64,000 nucleotides of DNA from Marvinbryantia sp. (GTDB lineage Bacteria > Bacillota > Clostridia > Lachnospirales > Lachnospiraceae), in assembly GCA_050944495.1 (NCBI GenBank), contig JBMNRF010000012.1:1263-65262 (forward strand), in the 5' to 3' direction. Within the stretch, counting starts at the first letter, position 1. Every line of letters begins with the position of its first letter. Shown here piece by piece: positions 36,145-43,737 of this stretch. The notes under the pieces are model-generated. The model had not been told where the DNA came from. It saw nothing but the letters and a program-made list of their open reading frames with translations, and did not search any database. Both the position numbers and the translations under genes were made by a program.

Positions 36145-36432
36145 TTACTCATTTTCCGGCTTCTCTGCAAGTACCTGTTCCATGATTTTTCGGTTTTCGC
36201 TCCGATGGAACAGCAGCTTCAAAATCGTGCTGACCTGTTCATCCGTCACAAGCTCCGGGTGGGGCAGATAGCTTTCCAGTGTCGCCCTTCTGGTACAGAG
36301 CCGGTGCGTTCGTTCATTCCGGGTTAATTGCTTCGCCCGGTTCTGCAAGATTTTTTCCTCATGCTTCAACCGGCACAGCTTCTTTTCCCCTTTTTCAATC
36401 TCCTGATTGAGTTTTTCCAGCTTATCGTTCAT
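36145..36432 (-). CDS. DUF3847-family protein (relaxase-associated coiled-coil protein)
   Basis: ATG 36432 follows AAGGAGGA. MNDKLEKLNQEIEKGEKKLCRLKHEEKILQNRAKQLTRNERTHRLCTRRATLESYLP...LTDEQ matches the DUF3847 pattern usually found next to MobA/MobL genes in Clostridia. Confidence 0.7.
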   Translation of the reverse strand: MNDKLEKLNQEIEKGEKKLCRLKHEEKILQNRAKQLTRNERTHRLCTRRATLESYLPHPELVTDEQVSTILKLLFHRSENRKIMEQVLAEKPENE

Positions 36433-36748
36433 GGGCGGCGTCCTCCTTCGGAAGTAAAATATAAATGTGGTTGGCTTCCCCAACGCCCTGCCGGACACGC
36501 ATAATCATTCCAGCCTGTTCCAGTTCATTCAGGGAACGCTTCGCGGTCATGGGGCTTCAGGAAAATGCCGCCGTAAGCTCCATAATGGGGAAGCGGATAA
36601 ACAGAATCCCGTTGCTGTCCTCCACGCCGTCCGTGAGGATTTCATCTAACAGGCGGGTGTACATGACCTTTGCGGTATTGCTGATCGGCAGCCGCAGCGT
36701 TGCCCTTGGCAGGGGCATACAGGGCGGCAGGGGTGTGTCAATCATCAT
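36422..36748 (-). pseudogene. HTH/replication-initiator-like element gene with an in-frame TGA
   Basis: Reads ...AKVMYTRLLDEILTDGVEDSNGILFIRFPIMELTAAFS[TGA 36557-36559]SPMTAKRSLNELEQAGMIMRVRQGVGEANHIYILLPKE...*. The frame stays open across the stop. Confidence 0.55.
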
Positions 36749-36799
36749 TAGCCATAAGCTGTTTCATGGCATAGGCTGGTTGCTTTTTGGAAAAGGACG

Positions 36800-37013
36800 T
36801 ACATGCCGTACCTTCTTAGGGATATCTCATTATCTGGCTGGAAGGCTGCTGCCTCTTTGGACCATTGGAATCATAGGAATTATAGTATTATTTATTTACC
36901 CAGGAACATTCTCATTTGTAAGTGCGGAGTTTATCCTTATTCTGTCTGGTGTGGATATTGCAGAAGCGTTTTCCATATTCAAAAATGTCAATTATTCGGA
37001 CAGAAAAATATAA
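36800..37013 (+). pseudogene. C-terminal fragment of a DUF308/HdeD-like membrane protein
   Basis: AT-rich sequence resumes here. ...LWTIGIIGIIVLFIYPGTFSFVSAEFILILSGVDIAEAFSIF* resembles a DUF308 repeat. No intact N-terminus lies upstream. Confidence 0.35.
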
Positions 37014-37382
37014 GGCAGGTGATAAATGAAAGAAATAGATTTAGTGTTGGCAGTTTCGGATGCAAAAAGTAATATTGCAGATAATGTAATGAAGAAATGA
37101 CAAAATTTTTTACAGGTGGAGCAGATTATCATGGATCTGCTTCATCTATTTTTTAAGATAAATTTCTTAAAATAATGGACGGATACCGTGAAATTGCGAG
37201 TGGGGGATAGTTAGAAAAATCAATCATAGAAGAACTCATAGATACCGCTATGCCTAAACAAACGAAAGAGATGCCTAATCCGGAAAATATACCGGAAGAG
37301 CTGATCCTGTTTTGGGAACGTCCCTATTTTAAAGGTTTGAATAAAAGAAACGACGATGCAGCTGGTAGAAAAGCTTTGAAAA

Positions 37383-37418
37383 GTGCCGTATTGGATGTGT
37401 GAACATCTGATGCGGCAC
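37383..37418. terminator. bidirectional hairpin terminator
   Basis: GTGCCG...GGATGT-gtga-ACATCT...CGGCAC, a long imperfect hairpin. It is followed by TTTTATTTTT on the + strand and by a T-run on the - strand after the toxin gene. Confidence 0.55.
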
Positions 37419-37431
37419 TTTTATTTTTCTT

Positions 37432-37764
37432 TTATTGTAATGGAAATCCTGTTTTTAAGATAGATGCCCAGTTACTTTTGGCGTACAAAAAACGGACAAC
37501 TGTTACCTGCTTCTCTGTTTCTGAAATGCGGTAAAAAGCGAGATAGTGATTCACGATGATAAAACGAATCCCCCAGGAAGAAAGGATGCGATCATCGACC
37601 AACGGGAATTTCTGCGGAAACTGGGACAGGGCATTGATCTTTTCCTCTGCAGTGTCCAGCAGATGATCAGCGGCTTCTGGATTTTTGAGTGTAAATTCAA
37701 TATAATCTGCAGCACTTATCATGTCCCGTTCCGCTGTTTGTGTGACGTGAATGTGATAGTTCAT
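37432..37764 (-). CDS. type II toxin, RelE/ParE family
   Basis: 110 aa. MNYHIHVTQTAERDMISAADYIEFTLKNPEAADHLL...FPQKFPLV...VNHYLAFYRISETEKQVTVVRFLY fits the ParE/RelE pattern. A 4-nt overlap with the antitoxin gene. Confidence 0.8.
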   Translation of the reverse strand: MNYHIHVTQTAERDMISAADYIEFTLKNPEAADHLLDTAEEKINALSQFPQKFPLVDDRILSSWGIRFIIVNHYLAFYRISETEKQVTVVRFLYAKSNWASILKTGFPLQ

Positions 37765-38024
37765 CTTTTCCTACGGTTCCTTATGTCAGACATGGCTTCG
37801 GAAAACAGGCGGGTTTTTCCTTCTGCAATATCGGTAAGACCTTCCTGAATAAGTCCGTATAACTCGAATTTACCGACTAGGTTTTCATAGGCTTCGATGC
37901 TCATGACTGCAAGATCACCTTTCCCATTTTTGGTGATAAATACCGGTTCAGAATAATTATGACAAAAGGTGGAAATTTCATTGTAGCTGTTCCGTAGATC
38001 AGCACTGGAACGAATGGTTGGCAT
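37761..38024 (-). CDS. type II antitoxin, Phd/YefM family
   Basis: ATG 38024 follows AAAGGAGGTG. MPTIRSSADLRNSYNEISTFCHNYSEPVFITKNGKGDLAVMSIEAYENL is the Phd/YefM fold signature. The ORF-track extension to 38216 is unsupported. Confidence 0.8.
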   Translation of the reverse strand: MPTIRSSADLRNSYNEISTFCHNYSEPVFITKNGKGDLAVMSIEAYENLVGKFELYGLIQEGLTDIAEGKTRLFSEAMSDIRNRRKR

Positions 38025-38051
38025 ATCCTGCACCTCCTTTTTTATAACAAA

Positions 38052-38080
38052 ATTATAACTGAATTTCTTTATATAGTCAA
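38052..38080 (-). promoter_or_regulatory. promoter of the TA operon with a candidate operator
   Basis: On the minus strand: TTGACT (38080-38075), 17-nt spacer, TATAAT (38057-38052). The direct repeat GTTATAA-tttt-GTTATAA overlaps the -10 and the transcription start. Confidence 0.6.
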
Positions 38081-38145
38081 CGGATACCGGAGAAAAAACG
38101 AAAAAGAAGGGAAAATCCGGAAGGGGAGAATTGTAGGAATTACAG

Positions 38146-38990
38146 ATGTTAATGATTGATCTGGAAGCTACCTTTATGCGAATGAAAGAGGACCACATGC
38201 TGAACGGGCAGCTCAAACCGGCTTACAATGTACAGGTTGCAGTAGAGAACTACTTTATTATCCACAGTTATGTCAGCAATGACCGGACGGATTATAACAC
38301 GCTGATTCCGGTACTAAAAAAGCACAAGGAGGTTTTCGGCTCATTTCCAGAAGAGACCACTGCAGACAGCGGTTACTGCAGTGAAAAAAATCTTCTGTAT
38401 CTGAAGGAAAACAGGATCACCAGTTACATAAAACTGCAGGATCATGAAAAACGGAAAGCCCGTGCTTATAAAGAGGATATCGGGAAGTATTACAACATGA
38501 AAAATATGATATTTGAGGATGAACATTATTATGTCTGTCACGATGGCAGGGAATTGCGTCACATCCGCACACCGAAACCCGCCAGCAGGAGGGTTATGTC
38601 CAGACGTTTGAAGTTTACGGATGCGCAGACTGCAGCGGTTGTGAACATAAATCCAGATGCCTGTATAAATACAATGAGAAAAAGGATCAGGACAAAAATA
38701 AGGTCATGAAGATCAACGAACGCTGGGAAGAATTAAAAGAAGAGAGCCATGCCAATATCCAGAGTGATAAAGGGATCGTAAACCGTCAGATCCGCTCGAT
38801 TCAGACAGAAGGCCATTTTGGGGATATCAAAGAGAATGAAGACTTCCGACGGTTCCATTACCGTTCCACCCCAAAAGTATATAAGGAGTTTCTGTTATAT
38901 ACGATCGGGCGAAATCTGAATAAATACCATCGTTTTTCTGTGGGAGAATTGAAAAAATACGAGACGGAAACCGATGAAAATGCAACATAA
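38146..38990 (+). mobile_element. IS1182-family DDE transposase remnant (5'-truncated, frameshifted)
   Basis: ...DLEATFMRMKEDHMLNGQLKPAYNVQVAVENYFIIHSYVSNDRTDYNTLIPVLKK...TADSGYCSEKNL is the catalytic core of IS1182-type transposases. There is a frame change near 38,560-38,700, after which the reading continues as ...KINERWEELKEESHANIQSDKGIVNRQIRSIQTEGHFGDIKEN. No N-terminal third is present. Confidence 0.7.
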
Positions 38991-39258
38991 TAAAAGTTCG
39001 GAGTCCAAAACAGGGAACAAGGGGGATTTGTGCGCTCAAAAAGGAACCCCCCATAAAAGAATACCCTTGATAGAAAAGCAAATGTCTGAAAAACATTGAT
39101 CCTATCAAGGGTGTTCTTATTTTGGCGTGGGTGAGTCAGAAATCCTTATTTCCCGACTGCCCCTTTTTATTTTCTTTCTCTGTTTCATACTGATTCCATA
39201 TAGAGATGCTATGCTATCAGTGTTGCAACATTTATCTTAATGGAACGGAGGGTTTTTA

Positions 39259-40516
39259 ATGAATTTTATGAATCGAGCGTGGCTGTACATCATCCGTAAA
39301 AAGGGAAAGAGTCTTCTTCTTTTTATTATTTTGTTGGTGATGGCAACCTTTGTATTAACTGCGTTGGCTCTGGGAAACGCTTCAAAATCTGCTCAGGAAG
39401 ATTTGCGGAAAAGTCTCGGTGGAAGTTTTCTGATTGGATTTGATTACACGGAAAACAATCCTTACTTAAAGGTTGAAAATGTAGAAGGTAGCACACTGAT
39501 GTATTCTACACAACAGATCAGCCCGAAGTTGGTAGAACAAATTCGTGAGATTGTTGGAGTAACGGACTGCAGCGCTACGGTAGAGGGACTGGCAGCATTT
39601 CTATCACTGGAATTGTTTACAGGTAATATTCCGATAGAGGAAGAATTTCGGAAGTCCTCGAAAATTCTAAGCGTATGGAAAACCGAAGAACTTACAAGAT
39701 TTACTTCCGGGCAGCTGACCTTAATAGAAGGACGTCATATTATGCATAGTGACAAAAACAAACGACTTATCAGCAAAGACTTGGCCGATAAAAATAACCT
39801 AAAAGTTGGTGATATAATCCATACAGATAGAGGTGTAGATATTGAAATCGTAGGGCTATTTATACCAAAAGAAATAGAGCAAATCAATGATCAAGTGACA
39901 ACTTATGATAAAATACAAAATCTTGTTATTGCTGACCTTACTACAATGGTTGATTATGAAAATGGTCCAGCAATTCAAGGATTTAATGAACTAATGGTTT
40001 CGGTAGACGATCCACAGAATGTTGAACATATTATTTCTAAGATAAAAGAAATATCGGATGTGGATTGTAAGTATTGTAATACTTTCCCTTATTCTTACCA
40101 TGTGGGCTAGATCTCGTATTCATGAAATCGGAGTACTGCTTTCCATAGGAATACGTAAACTTTCTATTTTGGGACAATATATTGCTGAAGTTTTAATAAT
40201 AGCAATGCTTGCTTTTTCTCTTTCCTATTTTTCAGCTAGTACAATAGCTGGTCAGATGGGAAAAGCATTACAATCCGGACAGACTGTAACTGAAATTCAG
40301 CAGGAAGACGATCTGTCTGTTGGAATCCGTGTAGAGGCAGGCACAGATAGGTAAAATCAGGAAGTGGAAACTCCTGAGTTGCAGGTTACTGTACATTTAC
40401 AAGAAATGGGACTATTATTCCTAATTGGGATTGGAATTGTAACGGTATCTGCTGGAATTTCTTCCATTTCTGTTATGTGTTTGAAACCACACGAAATCTT
40501 ATCAAAAATGAGTTGA
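39259..40516 (+). pseudogene. FtsX-type ABC permease with a frameshift/deletion and an in-frame TAA
   Basis: N-terminal TM plus an extracytoplasmic domain (39259-40060). The frame changes near 40,060-40,110 into ...ARSRIHEIGVLLSIGIRKLSILGQY (FtsX loop). After an in-frame TAA at 40352-40354 the last TM continues: ...LLFLIGIGIVTVSAGISSISVMCLKPHEILSKMS*. Confidence 0.7.
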
Positions 40517-40529
40517 TGGAGGTTGTGAT

Positions 40530-41183
40530 ATGAAAAGAGCATTTCCAATTTTAGAATTGAATAATTTGACATATTCTTATGATAAGAAGAAAAAGATACT
40601 TAGCGGTGTTAATGCTCAGATGGAAACTGGAAAGATGTATGCCATCCTGGGTCCATCCGGCTGCGGTAAGACAACACTTTTATCCTTGATTGGCGGATTG
40701 GATAGTCCTACCAGTGGAAGTATCAAATTTAACGGAAAAGATATTTCACAGATTGCATTAGAAAATCATCGAAAGAAAAATATTGCTTTTATTTTTCAAA
40801 GCTACAATTTAATTGACTATATGACTCCACAAGAGAATGTTTGGCTGATTGCAAAGAAACCTATTCTTTCGCTTCTGGAACGTTTAGGGCTTACCAAGGA
40901 GGAGGCGAAGAGAAATGTATTGAAACTTTCGGGAGGTCAGCAACAGCGAGTAGCCATTGCACGGGCACTGGCGAGTGAAGCACCTGTTGTATTGGCGGAT
41001 GAGCCTACAGGCAACTTGGATGAAGATACGGCACAGGACATTACAGAGATTCTCAAGGAGAGTGCGCACCAAATGGGAAAATGTATGGTGGTGGTTACTC
41101 ATTCAGGTGAATTAGCAAAACAAGCAGATGTGGTTTTTGTTCTCAAAAATGGTAAAATTCAACTTCCGGGAAATTACTCATAA
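40530..41183 (+). CDS. ABC transporter ATP-binding protein (apparently intact partner of the decayed permease)
   Basis: 217 aa. Walker A GPSGCGKTT, signature LSGGQQQRVAIARA, Walker B VVLADEPTGNLD. Confidence 0.85.
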   Translation: MKRAFPILELNNLTYSYDKKKKILSGVNAQMETGKMYAILGPSGCGKTTLLSLIGGLDSPTSGSIKFNGKDISQIALENHRKKNIAFIFQSYNLIDYMTPQENVWLIAKKPILSLLERLGLTKEEAKRNVLKLSGGQQQRVAIARALASEAPVVLADEPTGNLDEDTAQDITEILKESAHQMGKCMVVVTHSGELAKQADVVFVLKNGKIQLPGNYS

Positions 41184-41535
41184 GATCCATAATAGTTAAT
41201 TCTGCTGGATAACGGAAAAGAATGCTCATGTGCGGTTGACTCTGATATAGAGGAATACATCACAACAAAGCTGATTGAAAGCCTGTTCAAGTTATTTTTG
41301 CTATATGAAAAAGACTTTTATTGATTAGAGTAATGAGGTATAATGTAACAGGACATTCTAAGTTTGATCGTACTAAGAAAAAAAATATCCGCATTGTGGT
41401 AAAGACGCATTTCATACATGAAGTGTCATTTTCAAAGAGTAAAATTTTTACTCATATACAAAGTTTTAATCTGTTCATTTAGCCATTTTGGCTTGATGAT
41501 AAAAAGCAAAGATAAAAACGCAACGTATATCATAG

Positions 41536-41640
41536 ATATACCAGAGCCGGTAGGTAGCCCGGCCGCACCATCTGGTGTAAGTAACCCTCCCTCCTTAGGG
41601 TCGTCCATTCTTTGTTCATTTCAATCATTTTAAGGAGGAT
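41536..41640 (+). ncRNA. candidate yjdF-type riboswitch / structured 5' leader
   Basis: Nested stems CCAGA(41541-45)/TCTGG(41571-75) and GCCGG(41546-50)/CCGGC(41559-63). CTCCTTA (41591-97) is complementary to the SD TAAGGAG (41631-37). The downstream gene is DUF2992/YjdF, the family for which the yjdF motif is named. Confidence 0.35.
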
Positions 41641-41645
41641 TTGTT

Positions 41646-42062
41646 ATGGACAAAGTATCAGGTAAGCTGACTGTATATTTTGAAAACCCGTTCTGGGTAG
41701 GTGTGTTTGAACGCATATCAGATGGGACTTTATCGGTCAGCAAGGTAACTTTTGGAGCGGAACCAAAAGATTATGAGATTTTTGAGTTTATTTTAAAAAA
41801 TTATGGAGAACTCAAATATAGTCCGTCAGTACAAATTGAGGTGAAGGAACCTGTACGGAATCCCAAAAGGATCCTGCGAGAGGCCAGAAAACAGACGGAA
41901 TATGCAGGAATCGGAACAAAATCACAGCAGGCTTTGAAATTGCAACAGGAATATCGGAAAAGGGAAAGAAAAACACTAGATCAAGAGCGGATGGAAGAAA
42001 AGAAGCGGCTGCAGTTTCGGTTGAAACAGCAAAAGAAAAAGGCGAAGCATAAGGGGAAATAA
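41646..42062 (+). CDS. yjdF: YjdF/DUF2992-family protein
   Basis: 138 aa. MDKVSGKLTVYFENPFWVGVFERISDGTLSVSKVTFGAEPKDYEIFEFIL plus a lysine/arginine-rich tail match the DUF2992 pattern. Confidence 0.7.
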   Translation: MDKVSGKLTVYFENPFWVGVFERISDGTLSVSKVTFGAEPKDYEIFEFILKNYGELKYSPSVQIEVKEPVRNPKRILREARKQTEYAGIGTKSQQALKLQQEYRKRERKTLDQERMEEKKRLQFRLKQQKKKAKHKGK

Positions 42063-42065
42063 ATT

Positions 42066-42665
42066 TTGAAAAAAGTGATTCTATATATTCACGGAAAAGG
42101 TGGAAATGCTCGGGAAGCTGAGCAATATAAGCCAAACTTTCTGGATTATGATATTTATGGGGTAGATTATCCGGATGATTTTCCATGGATTGTTCAGGAA
42201 AAAATTCTGGCTGCTTATAACAGATTACACGAAACATATGACGGTATTTCTGTGCTTGCAAACAGTATTGGAGCCTATTTTTCTATGCATACCCTGCAAA
42301 AAGCTGATATTAAAAGAGCATTTTTTATCTCACCGATACTTGATATGGAGCGTTTGATTCTGGATATGATGAGATGGGCTGGGGTGTCGGAAGAGGAACT
42401 ATTGAAAAAAGGTGAGATTCCTACTAATTTTGGAGAAATCTTATCATGGAAATATCTCTGTTATGTCAGAGAACATCCGATATCCTGGAGAGTGCCTACA
42501 GAAATTCTCTATGGGGAAAAGGATGCTATGACAGCACTTCAGACCGTAAAAAAGTTTGTGGACATACATAATTCACACCTTACCATTATGAAAGGCGGAG
42601 AACATTGGTTTCATACGAAAGAGCAGCTTGCATTCCTTAATGACTGGCTGAAAAGTGTAGTCTGA
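42066..42665 (+). CDS. alpha/beta hydrolase
   Basis: 199 aa, TTG start. VILYIHGKGGNAREAE, nucleophile elbow LANSIGAY, C-terminal GGEHWFH. Confidence 0.65.
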   Translation: MKKVILYIHGKGGNAREAEQYKPNFLDYDIYGVDYPDDFPWIVQEKILAAYNRLHETYDGISVLANSIGAYFSMHTLQKADIKRAFFISPILDMERLILDMMRWAGVSEEELLKKGEIPTNFGEILSWKYLCYVREHPISWRVPTEILYGEKDAMTALQTVKKFVDIHNSHLTIMKGGEHWFHTKEQLAFLNDWLKSVV

Positions 42666-42702
42666 CAGCCCGGAACAGTATATAACAGGAGAAAAGAGAT
42701 TT

Positions 42703-42984
42703 ATGTTTGGATTTAAAAAGAAAGAACGGAAACCTTTATGGATTAAGGCAAAAGATGTAATGGAGCTTATTCGATCAGACTATGAGGCGAATATGTCATT
42801 TGTATTTCAGGATCAGATATTTCAGGATTTTGATGAGTTTCAGGCCAATGCCTGCATAAACGGCATCCGTATTTCTGAATTGGAAGAACCTATTGAGGTT
42901 GTACGGGCCGGGATCATTGGGAATGACACCATGCTGAAGACACCGTGGGGAGAAACCAGACTTGCAAAAATGGCGCTGAGATAA
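42703..42984 (+). CDS. hypothetical protein
   Basis: 93-aa ORF with RBS GGAGAAAAGAG upstream. No motif recognised. Confidence 0.45.
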   Translation: MFGFKKKERKPLWIKAKDVMELIRSDYEANMSFVFQDQIFQDFDEFQANACINGIRISELEEPIEVVRAGIIGNDTMLKTPWGETRLAKMALR

Positions 42985-43012
42985 CAGAGAGGATAAAATA
43001 TAGGAAAAAAAC

Positions 43013-43123
43013 ATGACAAGCAGTGAAAAAAGAGAAAAAACACTTTATGACGCTTCTCTGGCTGCGGAATTTCAGAAATGGTTTCAGAAACAGGCTTATA
43101 AGGAACAGGACGAAAATGAATAA
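43013..43123 (+). pseudogene. possible N-terminal fragment of a sugar O-acetyltransferase (Mac-domain-like)
   Basis: The 36-aa MTSSEKREKTLYDASLAAEFQKWF... resembles the N-terminal helix of maltose/galactoside acetyltransferases. No body follows. Confidence 0.2.
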
Positions 43124-43246
43124 ACAAAAGGAGGAGACGGGTATGGGTATTTTTGTAAAATAACAGCAAGGTGTATCTTTGCTGATGGATTACGCCTTGC
43201 TGATCGAATAAAGGAATAAATAAAAAGATCAGGGAGGAAATATAGG

Positions 43247-43402
43247 ATGCCATCTTTTTATTTTGAGAATAAAAAGATATCTTATAAAGAAACCGGATGT
43301 GGGGAACCATTAGTTCTGCTTCACGAAGATACGGCTTCCGGCCGGATGTTCTTAGCCATAGGCCCAAAACCTCTCCACGTAGTCATGCGGAGAAGGAATT
43401 GA
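43247..43402 (+). pseudogene. N-terminal fragment of an alpha/beta hydrolase
   Basis: MPSFYFENKKISYKETGCGEPLVLLHEDTASGRMF... is the typical start of the family (G.G.PlvLLHG). It terminates after 51 codons. A strong RBS AGGGAGGA lies upstream. Confidence 0.5.
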
Positions 43403-43559
43403 AGCAGATATGGTAGTAAAAAGTAAGCATTTAACCCTATTTGAGAATGCACTGTTAGAGTTGGGAATCATTTATCACCGGTGACATTATCTTAGGGGTG
43501 AAGTGTTACCAATCATTGACACCTATACAAAAATTTCAAAAATGGATAAAACGGTAGTC

Positions 43560-43588
43560 TTGAAAGCTTTTTTCTATTGTGCTAAAAT
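43560..43588 (+). promoter_or_regulatory. extended -10 promoter candidate upstream of mutS
   Basis: TTGAAA (43560-43565), 17-nt spacer ending in TGc, TAAAAT (43583-43588). Confidence 0.5.
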
Positions 43589-43737
43589 ATATATTTAGTG
43601 CCATGCATTATCCTCGAAAAGATTGATAATGTCGTGGAAAATAACTTAAAGGTTAAAGAATGCAATACGTTCAAAAATATGGAACAGAAACCTGATTTTG
43701 CAGATCGAGATAAAATTTTAGAGAGAGGTTTTCATAC

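Larger units (their letters stand above)
33900..36790 (-). mobile_element. eroded mobilizable/integrative element remnant (HTH - DUF3847 - relaxase - recombinase tail, with a GNAT cassette inserted)
   Basis: Visibly GC-rich block between AT-rich flanks. All backbone genes except DUF3847 carry stops, frameshifts or deletions. See the individual entries. Confidence 0.65.

Noticed and set aside
41418-41633. 71-aa ORF upstream of the DUF2992 gene
   Set aside because: It overlaps the structured leader (candidate riboswitch), has no RBS, and the peptide looks random.
42840-43367. 175-aa minus-strand ORF across the fragment region
   Set aside because: It has low-complexity, Phe/Leu-rich sequence, no RBS, and overlaps recognisable + strand fragments.
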